NCBI GenBank assembly: GCA_038087875.1
Contig: CM075992.1
Location: forward strand, 498,001-562,000
DNA: 64,000 nucleotides
Direction: 5' to 3'
Origin: Malacoraja senta
Lineage: Eukaryota
Made by a program: the position numbers and the translations under genes. The notes beneath the pieces are model-generated. The model did no database searches. It saw only the letters and a list, made by a program, of their open reading frames with translations, and had not been told where the DNA came from. Shown piece after piece: positions 41,001 to 50,300 of the stretch (positions within the stretch are counted from its first letter, which is position 1; each line of letters starts with the position of its first letter).

Positions 41001-43177
41001 AACCATTCAGAAATCCTGAAAATCCAGCATCTGACTCACAGGAGATGTCTGTTGACGTTCCTATGCACTTGCTCCCTTGGAAGTTACTGGGTTAAATGAA
41101 ATGTTACTGTACTAACATCTTATAAAATGAAGTGAATTAAAAGCGTTGGATTATTATCTGAGAGCTGGATATTCTGCTAGTTCAGGGCATGCTAGATTAA
41201 AACACACCGATAGCCTCTTAATGGAAGGATATTTACTGATGTCTTCTGTTATAAGTTCTCTGGAACAAGTCACCAGCCACAAGAGCGTCTCCCAAATACA
41301 AAACCAAGCACTTGTCCTTGCCTGATTAGTGAATGGATTTGACATATTGCACCTTTGTTACTTCTGCTGTAAAAATAAATATATTCTGCATGTGTAGGAA
41401 GGAACTGCAGGTGCTGGTTTACACCAATGATAAACACAAAATGGTGGAGTAACTCAGCGGGACAGGCAGCAAAGGAATAGATGACATTTCAGGTCGAGAC
41501 CCTTCTTCAGACTATGAAACGTCACCCATTCCTTCCACCCAGACTATGAAACATCACCCATTCCTTCCACCCAGAGATGCTGCCTGTCCCGCTGAGTTAC
41601 TCCAGCATTTTGTTGCCTATCTTTGGTGTAAAGCAGCGTGTGCAGTTTCCTTCCTACACACGATATATTGTGGATGTTTGGAGCAATGATGTGGTGGGTG
41701 GGATGATCCGTGTGCTGCTCCTTCTCATGTGTACTCTCGTCAGCAGGAGTGACGTGACCCGGGACGAGCTGGCGGAGCTGACCAAGCAGGCCAACCCCGA
41801 CGAGATAGACATCGACGACGACGATGACGGGGAAGAGGAGCCTGACGGTAAGTGGAATGGTCAGCCTCTAGTCCTGGCACAGTGGGGGGTGGGTCCATGT
41901 CTGACATGTCTGTAAAACCTTTAAACCCTGCTGTAGTCTCTCAACCTCTTGCTTTTACCATCTGGCATGTTCCCATTCATGCTTGCTCCAATGTTACCCT
42001 GAGCTTTGTGGGCCATCGTGACATCTCCAGGTTGACAGGGTGATCACGCAGACATTTGGTACATTGCCCGTCCTCGGTCAGGGTTCTGAGAATAGAACTT
42101 GGGATGTGAGGTTACAGTTCTACAGAAAGGTGGCGAGGCCAGATTTGGAATATTGTCTTCAGTTTTGGTCAGCTCTGCCATTCCCCCTGCCTTGTGGTGA
42201 AGAAGGAAGTTTAGAGCTAGTACATCACGTTGGAGTGGCTGTCAAAACAATTTAAGGAAAAAGATTAAAACCGTTTTTTTTTAAAGGATGGATGACTTTC
42301 TCGAGGAGTAAGTAGTTTTAAAATCAGAGTTCAGTTTAGTTTATTGTCACGTGTACTGAGGTACAGTGAAAAGCTTTTGTTGCACGCTATCCAGTCAGCA
42401 GAAAGACAATACATGATTACAATCGAGCCATACACAGTGTAATAGATACATGATAAGGGGATAACGTTTAGTGCAAGGTTAAACCAGCAAAGTCCGAGGG
42501 TCACCAATGAGGTAGATAGGTACTCTGAAGCGACTGGTATGAGGGCAATGTTTCAGTCATGAGGTTTCCTTCCTTGCTACTGTGCCTGAATCCATTTTTG
42601 TACATTCACACAAACTTGTGGGAAATGCTTGTTCTTTACTCTTGTTACTTTCCTAGCAAAGCAAACTAGACTCCAAACGCCAAGCGCTGTTTAAAAAATG
42701 CACATCCAATGACAGAAATGGCATGTCCAATAGCAAGATGGCGCTGCGGTAGAGTTGCTGCCTCACAGCGCCAGAGACCCGGGTTCGTTCCTGACCACGG
42801 GTGCTGTCTGTACGGAGTTTGTACGTGCTCCCCGTGACCGCGTGGGTTTTCTTCGGGATCTTCGGTTTCCAAAGACGTGCAGGTTTGTAGGTTAATCGGC
42901 TTGGTGTAAATGTAAATTGGTGTGTGTAGGATAGTGTTAGCGTACGGGGATCGCTGGTCGGTGTGGACTCAGTGGACCGAAGGGCCTGTTCTCACGCTGT
43001 ATCTCTAAAAAAAATACTTCCACCTTATCACTGTGCATTGGCAATTTGATTTTGTACACTTCGATTTGAATCACGTTCACAATAACTAACTTTGTGTTTT
43101 GGTTGTCTATTTCAGAGGTACCTCTGGAGCAGAAGGCAGTGCCCACGGCCGTGTTTGGTGGTTTGAAGGACGACTAG
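13881..43177 (+). CDS. XAB2: XAB2 / pre-mRNA-splicing factor SYF1 (HAT/TPR repeats), multi-exon gene
   Basis: 18 exons with GT-AG boundaries and consistent phases translate to sequence highly similar to vertebrate XAB2 from start (MPDMALKADVVF/EEDDLPYEEE) to end (EVPLEQKAVPTAVFGGLKDD*). Confidence 0.98.
15068..15162 (+). CDS. XAB2: XAB2 exon 2, partial (runs into N-gap)
   Basis: CCACAG|GAA; EEDDLPYEEEIIRNPYSVKCWIRYIEFKHTA. Confidence 0.92.
15163..15362. other. Assembly gap (200 N)
   Basis: Run of N; interrupts XAB2 exon 2. Confidence 1.
16079..16202 (+). CDS. XAB2: XAB2 exon 3
   Basis: YKLWYNYLKQRRKQVKGKCITDPGYEEINNCHERALVFMHK; AG/GT boundaries. Confidence 0.95.
17235..17432 (+). CDS. XAB2: XAB2 exon 4
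   Basis: MPRIWLDYCQF...IRVYRRYLK; AG/GT boundaries. Confidence 0.95.
17981..18110 (+). mobile_element. Penelope-derived short repeat with hammerhead-like core; representative of ~25 or more copies
   Basis: CTGAAGA-A-GGGT-CTCG-ACCC-GAAACGTC followed by the conserved ...GAGATGCT...GCTGAGTTACTCCAGCA...CCAGCATCTGCAGTTCCTTC; same sequence family as the terminus of the Penelope copy at 12270-12370. Confidence 0.75.
18216..18350 (+). CDS. XAB2: XAB2 exon 5
   Basis: LSPENAEEYIEYL...GRSNYQ; donor GTAAGT. Confidence 0.95.
19516..19680 (+). CDS. XAB2: XAB2 exon 6
   Basis: LWHELCHLIS...YIRSGHFEK. Confidence 0.95.
19968..20195. mobile_element. MITE with TTAA flanks (Kolobok-like termini)
   Basis: Perfect inverted termini GGGCCTGTCCCACTTGGCGATTTTTT / AAAAAATCGCCAAGTGGGACAGGCCC, TTAA on both sides. 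Confidence 0.8.
21104..21248 (+). CDS. XAB2: XAB2 exon 7
   Basis: ARDVYEEAIQTVMTVRDFTQVFDSYAQFEESMIAAKMETTAEMGQTQE. Confidence 0.95.
22121..22272 (+). CDS. XAB2: XAB2 exon 8
   Basis: DDIDLELRLARFEQL...LYEGKPRE. Confidence 0.95.
22307..22587 (+). mobile_element. tRNA-derived V-SINE (HE1-like); representative of 15 or more copies (e.g. 3741, 9648, 20563, 29617, 34636, 35718, 42738, 48399, 51178, 52122, 52812, 62654)
   Basis: A-box/B-box head (TGGCGCAGCGGTAGAG...GGGTTCGATCC in the better copies), conserved core TGGGTTTTCTCCGGGTGCTCCGGTTTCCTCCCACA, CR1-like tail ending in (CTAAA)n. Confidence 0.85.
23426..23545 (+). CDS. XAB2: XAB2 exon 9
   Basis: IINTYTEAVQTIDPLKATGKPHSLWVSFAKFYEENGQIQD. Confidence 0.95.
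24503..24634 (+). CDS. XAB2: XAB2 exon 10
   Basis: ARTIFEKATKVNFK...EEALRLLR. Confidence 0.95.
26210..27360 (+). mobile_element. CR1 LINE 3' fragment (reverse transcriptase C-terminus + 3' tail)
   Basis: [24 protein letters not shown]...[21 protein letters not shown]; short microsatellite tail (CTATGTAT-like); frameshifted. Confidence 0.93.
30088..30219 (+). CDS. XAB2: XAB2 exon 11
   Basis: RATAVPAKKAEYFDSTEPVQNRVYKSLKVWSMLADLEESLGTFK. Confidence 0.95.
30393..30506 (+). CDS. XAB2: XAB2 exon 12
   Basis: STKAVYDRIIDLRIATPQIIINYAMFLTEHNYFEESFK. Confidence 0.95.
34324..34486 (+). CDS. XAB2: XAB2 exon 13
   Basis: AYERGVALFRWPNV...DGCPPKFAK. Confidence 0.95.
35986..36177. mobile_element. hAT (Charlie-type) MITE
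   Basis: TIRs CAGTGGTTCTTAACCT / AGGTTATGAACCACTG; perfect 8-bp TSD GTCTAACT. Confidence 0.88.
36336..37242 (-). mobile_element. Internally deleted Tc1-family (IR/DR type) DNA transposon
   Basis: TA TSD; TIR CAGTGCCTTCCATAATGTTTGGGACAAAGACCCATCA and its complement; catalytic-domain remnant QQDNDPKHT...WPSQSPDLNPTEH on the minus strand 36655-37170. Confidence 0.93.
37580..37770 (+). CDS. XAB2: XAB2 exon 14
   Basis: LYLLYAKLEEDYGLARHAMAVYE...GIYEKSIE. Confidence 0.95.
37790..38312 (+). mobile_element. CR1 LINE 3' fragment (second subfamily; related pieces at ~740-935, 18950-19420, 21826-22060, 31640-32085, 39835-40600, 47645-48015, 60247-60487, 61420-61725, 62017-62320)
   Basis: [29 protein letters not shown] motif and conserved 3' UTR. 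Confidence 0.85.
38527..38649 (+). CDS. XAB2: XAB2 exon 15
   Basis: [41 protein letters not shown]. Confidence 0.95.
39566..39765. other. Assembly gap (200 N)
   Basis: Run of N between XAB2 exons 15 and 17. Confidence 1.
40706..40832 (+). CDS. XAB2: XAB2 exon 17
   Basis: SDLAPGQSGMDDMKLLEQ...GKILFVR. Confidence 0.93.
41747..41847 (+). CDS. XAB2: XAB2 exon 18
   Basis: SDVTRDELAELTKQANPDEIDIDDDDDGEEEPD; CAGCAG acceptor; donor GTAAGT. Confidence 0.92.
43116..43177 (+). CDS. XAB2: XAB2 exon 19 (terminal coding)
   Basis: CTAAC branch-like site, TTTCAG acceptor; EVPLEQKAVPTAVFGGLKDD*. Confidence 0.93.
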
Positions 43178-43395
43178 GATGTGATACCATGCTCAGTCCT
43201 TGTCTGGTCTTCCAATGCCTTCGATAGCTGGAAAGGATGCACAGTTCCCTTGGCCCTGTGTTTCTTCAGGTACCAACTTGAACTGCTCCAAAGGCTCGCT
43301 GCTTCCACAGCACCAGTTTCAGTCACTCTGCTTTGTCACACACCATCTTCCCTGCCGTTGAAATGTACGTCTACAGCTAGATTCTAAATGATTTA

Positions 43396-43401
43396 AATAA
43401 A
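43396..43401 (+). terminator. XAB2 polyadenylation signal AATAAA
   Basis: First AATAAA ~220 nt after the stop, with GT-rich sequence downstream. Confidence 0.6.
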
Positions 43402-44007
43402 GGTCAAGTCTTAAATGCATAACAGTCAAAGGCGTATGTTGTCTGGTTAGACTAAATTATCAATGTCACTCACGTTTTCTAGAAACAAGGAGCTGCAGAT
43501 GCTGGTTTACCAAGGAAAGACACCGACTAAGCGCTGAAGTAACTCAGTGGGCCAGGCAGCATCTCTGGAGAACGTGGATAGGTGACGTTTTGGGTCGGGA
43601 CCCTTCTTCAGACTCTTCTTCAGGGATGCTGCCTGAACTGTTGAGTTAATCCAGCATTGTGTGCCTTTCGTACTCAGTTTAAACTCCGCCTGTATGCCTT
43701 TTGTGTTGTACACTTATTGTCAGCTAAATATCAATATACCCATCAATGAGGACTCATAGTTCACAGGGCAGAATAACCACAGTCTGACCTCAGATAATGA
43801 TCGCCAAAGTTGTATACAACATATAAAGATAGACACAAAATATTGTAGTAACTCAGCGAGACAGGCAGCATCTCTGAAGAGAAAGAATGGGTGACGTTTC
43901 AGGTCGAGACCCTTCTTCAGACTGAGGAAGTATGCAACATTCAATGTTTTGTTCTCTCTGACTTAGAACAGAATTCAGGCAAAAACAATCTGCATTTATG
44001 TAAATTG

Positions 44008-44013
44008 TTTATT
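44008..44013 (-). terminator. Putative CAMSAP3 polyadenylation signal (AATAAA on minus strand)
   Basis: TTTATT on the + strand at the end of a ~3 kb, largely repeat-poor stretch following the CAMSAP3 stop. Confidence 0.5.
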
Positions 44014-47000
44014 AAATTCAAGATATTTTTGTCATGTTATTCCTTCTAGTAATACAGATCCCAAGCTGTGGACATGTACGCCTGAGCCCACATCTCGTGT
44101 GTGGTACCATCCACGTGCAATGTACCTTTTAAAACTTGGTTTGGCTCAATACCCAATAAATGTTAAAGGTCCAACGTTCAGCCCAGGCTTATTTGTGTGT
44201 CCCCAAAGGGACCAGTTCTCACCTCACTGTTTCCAGCATTGCCAGTACAGAATCTGCCTGATTGTTTACATAGTTTACAAGAAATCTGTGGAAAATAAAG
44301 CAGGTCCTGCCAGCTAATCCTAGGTAAACATCTACTTTCTCATCTGCAAAATCGACAGAGAACCAACCTATGAGGCACTCCATCAACCCAATCTGCCCTG
44401 ATCCATCAGCCATGGATCCTGCAGCAATCCACCCTCTATGCTCACGACTGCTTGTCTCTGGGGCAGGTATCCTGATAATAGTAACCACCGAAAACGGAAT
44501 CCACAGTGAAAGTACAATGGCAGTGGGCAAAACCAAAAAACAAAAAGGATGCATTCACTAATCTGTACCGATGGCGTGTGTAGTAGGAAGGAACTGCAGA
44601 TGCTGGTTTACATTGAAGATAGACACGAAATGCTGGAGTAACTCAGCGGGACAGGCAGCATCTCTGGAGAGAAGGAATGGGTGACGTTTCGGGTTGAGAC
44701 CCTTCTTCAGACCGATGACGTCAAGATTCCACAGTGCAAACGCTCTCATGTTTGTTTAGACCCGTCAGCTCTACTCCTATCCATGTAACACACACCCAGC
44801 CAACTATTCTAACCCGTTGGCAGGTTGTGTTTAGGCAGTGATGAAAGGGGCAAGATTACCAGCAGCCTCTGACTCTTGTTCAAAACTCAGATACATCAGT
44901 CGCCCAACTGGTCCACAATTCACTTCACTGCTACCCTGAACAGAACTGTGCACGGCATAGAATTAACAATCATGTAGGAATTTGTTTTAACAAAAGATAC
45001 AAACCTTCCATCTGATGGAATGTTACCAAGATTCAAATATTTGGTTGGAGATGTGAAAAAAAAATGCCAACACAGAACTAAAAGCTAATTGTTCACAATG
45101 CAATTCCTACAGAGTCCAGTTCACCTTTTTAAGGAAATTTATGCCAAAATAGAAACTTTAAATAAAATAAAAGTGCATGATTAGTTCAGGAATTCATGAT
45201 TCTCATAAACATAAGTGTACAAACTCTAGCCCCTCGCATTGATCCAGCAAACCTCAGTCCCCTTCATCTGATACACCAAACCACCCAGTCAGTCCATGAT
45301 GTCTCCACAAGACAGTTCTCCATAATGACAGACAAATCATCCATCAAAAAGTAGCCCTTTCAACTAATCTTCTGCTGGACACTGGAGTTGACAAGTTTTG
45401 GCAAGGTTTCAGCAAAATGCTGCAAAAATAAAAGAGCACAAATTATTTTTTTCTTTGGTGGGGAGGGGGAGAAGGTGGGGGAGACGAGGGATATAAAAGT
45501 CCCAAACAAGTTTGCTTGCAAACACATGTGCAAAGTGCTGTGACGTTGTAATGACCAAGGCAGCTCAGATACCTGCTTGCTCATGTTGGACAGAGAGAAA
45601 CTGCTGCACATTACCTAACTCTGCAATTTATACACATATCCACAGGGAAGAAAACCAACTTTGACAGAATTCTAAAGAAATAAATAACATTTAAAAAATT
45701 GGAGATGTGGATTTTCTACATTTATGTGCTGAAAAACAAGACAGAACATCCATCATTAATTAAACCGCAGACCCCTTGCAAACCTGAGCGTTTTGCATGG
45801 AATACTCATCAGATCCAGGATTTCCAAGTGGTGCCAAGACAACGTTGGCATAGATACCTGGAATCATCTGTTGTTCCAGAACAAAGTAGGCCTGGATGTG
45901 AACTTAGTCAATCCATTGGGAAAGACTACATTGTAACATTGGCAGGTCAACCAGAAGATCCTTTCTCCGACAGCAAAACAACATAGCTAACATCTGAGCA
46001 ACCAACATCCATCCTGAAGACATCCTTAGAGAGTCAGAAGAAGACCCTTCTGAAGGGCAGCTTGCTAGGATTGAACACCATGGCCTCCACTTGAACTTGT
46101 TTCAACAGCTCAGGACCGCATGTTTAATGCTAACTCAATGCACACCGAGGATCGAAGATTCTTGTCTGCCTTCTGGAAACTCAATCCAGCCATTTTAACG
46201 TTCATCCCAGCCTTGGACCATGCTGGAGAAAGGCAACCATTAATTGAACAACATTACTTCCACAACTGAGCTGCAACTTTAACCAGGGGGCCACCCTGAC
46301 ATTCACCATTGCCTCTTGAGATAGTTTAGGTCTGAGAACATACAGCTTATCAAGTTAGCGAGTAAAGATAATTATTCATTCTTCCGACAAAGCAGGCAGG
46401 TAGGATTGGTTCCATCGACCACTTGGATAATAGAACCTCAACAGCACGTTGTTTTATACACCAAATACTGGAACAAGTTATGTACAGTAACTTGCAAACC
46501 TATTTTCAACACCCAACCATTCTTTCCAAGAAGCAGAAACTTAAATATTTAATCTATACAAACAGCTAAATCATTTAAATAGCTCTAATATATTTACAGA
46601 CAATATTTCGGTCATCAGTAGTAATCATCGGGAATCAAGCTTCAAAAACAAAATTATACATCTAGTTTGTTTTAAAAAAACATTTTGACCTTGTTACCAA
46701 ATCTTTAGTGCTTATAGTTTTGGACAGTATTGTCTAGTGCTCCCACCTCCACTCATGTGTGAATCCTTTGGGATGATATGTCCAGGTGTGACGTCAGGCC
46801 TGTAGCCCCCTTAGTCCACGGGACACAGGCATCGCCCGGCTTGCTTCAATGTTGGCGGTGAATGGAAACTGCATGCAGAAATGTGAGAGGACAACACCTC
46901 AACAATCCGTGAGAACCAGTAGAAAAGGGGGTGAGGGGAGGGGAAGAAGAAACAAGATGGCAAGTTGGGACCTCAAGGATTTGACTTGTCCGTCTGTACA

Positions 47001-47034
47001 GAGATGAGGAGGGATGGGGAGGAAGAAGAGTCCA

Positions 47035-47331
47035 TCATTTGGATGGCTTCTTGGGTGTAACCGGCCTCTTGGTCTGCCACAAGTGGCCTTGGATGGTGAC
47101 TGCATCAACGCCAGCAGAGAGGGTCTTGCTGGGGATCTGGGTGAATTGCTTCCGGTCTGAGTTGTACTTGAAGATGGTCTCGATCATGTTTTTAGTGATG
47201 ACCCTGGGTCCGACACCAGCCACGCGATGCATATCCTCCGACTCCGGGGGGAAGGTGTACACAGCACGGAACTGACAACTGTTGTCCCGAAACAGGATCA
47301 GGTAGTGATTCGATTTGCTTTTGTCGATCTC
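47035..47331 (-). CDS. CAMSAP3: CAMSAP3 terminal coding exon (CKK domain)
   Basis: [16 protein letters not shown]...[13 protein letters not shown]...TIQGHLWQ...*. Confidence 0.95.
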   Translation of the reverse strand, partial: EIDKSKSNHYLILFRDNSCQFRAVYTFPPESEDMHRVAGVGPRVITKNMIETIFKYNSDRKQFTQIPSKTLSAGVDAVTIQGHLWQTKRPVTPKKPSK

Positions 47332-50300
47332 CTGCAAGGAAGCAGAAGGTGGTAAATGACGGATCTGTTTGCAACACCCCAGTCAGAATGTGCCGTCAAG
47401 TTTAGTTTGGTACGGTACGGTACTTTATTTGTCACTTGTACCGAGGTACGGTGAAATACATTTTGTATTCAGTTCAGTACAAGTATCACTGTACATAGAT
47501 ACATCTTAGATAAGCTTCTCAGATACAGTACCAAGTGTATAACACTAGTACACTGTGACAGTATACACAGTCGCCACGGGATAGTTTATAGATACAGTGA
47601 CGAACAACCATCCCCGTACACAAGCACTATCCTAGATATTGGACATAAGTGATAGGAGCAGAATTAGGCCATTCGGCCCATCAAGCCTACTACACCCTTT
47701 CAATAATGGCTGATCTATCTCTCCCTCCTCACCCCATTCTCCTGCCTTCTCCCCTTAACCTCAGAGACCCATACTAATCAAGAATCTATCTATCTCTGCC
47801 TTAAAAATATCCATTGACTTGGCCTCCACAGCCTTCTGTGGCAAAGAATTCCACAGATTCACCACCCTCTGGCGAAAGAAATTCCTCCTCATCTTCTTCC
47901 TAAAGGAACGTCCTTTGATTCTGAGGCTGTGGCCTCTGGTCCTAGACTCTCCCACTAGTGGAAACATCCTCTCCACATCCATTCTATCCAGGCTTTTCAC
48001 TATTCGGTAAGTTTCAGTGTGGTCCCCCCCCCCCCCCTCATTGTTCTAAACTCCAGCGAGTAAACGCCTCCCACTGGTGTGACCAAAGAACAATCAATCT
48101 CACCTCCAATATCTTATTCTTCTGGGGCTCGTTCACCTTGCCTGCCAGGCAGCAGCGAGCGATCGCGTTCTGTATTATGTACTTATTCGACTTGGCACTG
48201 GGTTCCTTGTAGAGTTTTGGACCTGTGGGAGGGAAAGATAATGTATTTGTGTGATTGTTTTTTTACGTTCAGTGGAACTGGGCATTAATACATTAAGGGC
48301 TCCAGTTAGCCTTCCCAAAGCAGCATCCGGGGAGAGAAACTAACAAGTATTGAGTATTGTATTCTACTCTAAATTATCTTCTGGCCCCAACTGGAGAGAG
48401 GCACGGTGGCGCAGCAGTAGAGTTGCAGCCTCACAGCGCCAGAGACCCAGGTTCGATCCCAACTACAGGTGCTGACTGTACAGAGTATGTACGTTCTCCC
48501 TGTGACCGAGTGGGTTTTCTCCAGGTGCTCCGGTTTCCTCCCACACTCCAAAGACGTGCAAGTTAATTAGAGATACAGCGCAGAAACAGGCCCATCGGCC
48601 CACCGAGTCCGCACCGACCAGCGATCCCCACACATTAACACTATCCTACACACACTAGTGACAATTTACACTTACACCAAGCCAATTAACCTACAAACCC
48701 GTACGCCTTTGGAGTGTGGGAGGAAACCGAAGATCTCGGATAAAACCCACGCAGGTCACGGGGAGAACGTACAAACTCCGTACAGACAGCACCCGCAGTC
48801 AGGATCGAACCCGGTTCTCTGGAGCTGTGAGGCAGCAACTCTACCACTGCACCACCGTGCCGCCCACGTTGTACCTCTCTGTGGGAGAGGTCTCTGCCCA
48901 GTCTCCACTCATAGATCACTCACCTGTATACTCTGGGATGGAGGCAGGTGAGGAGGCTGTCGAAGCATTCTCCCAGTCCTTCTCCCCATTGTGGTTCCCC
49001 AGTCGGTTCGGAGACTGGAGCCCTGTGGGGGAATTCATCCTGTGGGTGTGGGGGTGGGGGGTGGGGGGGGGGGGCAAAAACATGACAAATCTGATTAATA
49101 AAATAGAAACGAGTCAGCAGGAACAAAATCAAGAGTTCTTGGCATCTATGTGACAATTTTAACCAGCACAACCTGCAAAGGATAACAGATATATTGTTAT
49201 ATAACAGTTATATAGAATGCCCTGGAAAACTCACTGAGGGAAAGTGACAGTTGCTCATGCATGCTAGATTGTCCCACATATCCGTGAACAATGCACAATG
49301 TAAATATGTATAAAACGCAGAGAATCTTCAGATGCTGGAATCTTGTAAAATTTATGGACAGTCAAACATAAAGTGCTGGAAAAACTCAGTGGGTCGGGGT
49401 GTCTCAGAGTCTGTAGAAGGGTCTCAACCCGAAACGTCATCTGTCCATTCCCTCCACTGATGCTGCCTGACCCGCTGAGTTCCTCCGGCACTCAGTTTTG
49501 TACAGAATATAAAATACAGCCTGATTTTTACGGGGAATTAAATCATGACTGACAGGTGCAATGAGGTAGCTACAACGGACTAAACTACACAACAAGGATC
49601 TTGCACTAAGGACATTCATTCATGGGTGAAGAAAAGCAAAGCATGGAAGAACCACTGATGTTTACAGCATTAAGCAACTTCTGTTCCAGCCTCAGTCTTT
49701 CATGAAGCAAACAGCGGCGACTTAAAGCCCTGTAAACAGCAGGATTTATTCCATTGGTTCTTAAATATACCTATTCAGTCCAATGTTTCCTGCGCTGCAA
49801 GAGAAGCAATAGGAAGTATTAGACATGCAGTATTGCCTGGGTTAAACACCTTAATGACTCATTATTTTCACACACAAAAAATCGGTGTAAACCAACAAGC
49901 ATCCTTTCTGATAATTTAATTTAATTCTCCCTCCAGAGTTACCCCTCAGATTCCTATTACATTTTCCCCTCTTCACCCTTAGCCCACAATATGTCCTCTG
50001 GTCCTCGATTCCCCTACTCTGGGCAAGAGACTCTGTGCATCTACCCAATCTATTCCTCTCATGATTTTATGCACCTCTATAAGATCATCCCTCAACCTCC
50101 TGCGCTCCAAGGAATAGATTCTCAGTCTACTCGACCTCTCCCTGTAACTCACACCCTCTAGTCCTGGGAACCTCCTCATACCATCCTGGCAACATCATGC
50201 CTAAGTCCTTAAAGTTTAGACAGTCATGTTTCATCACCTCAGGTTGCTCCCTTCACAGTCCATGGAGTAATGCTGGAAATGTGGTCCCCACGCACAACAC

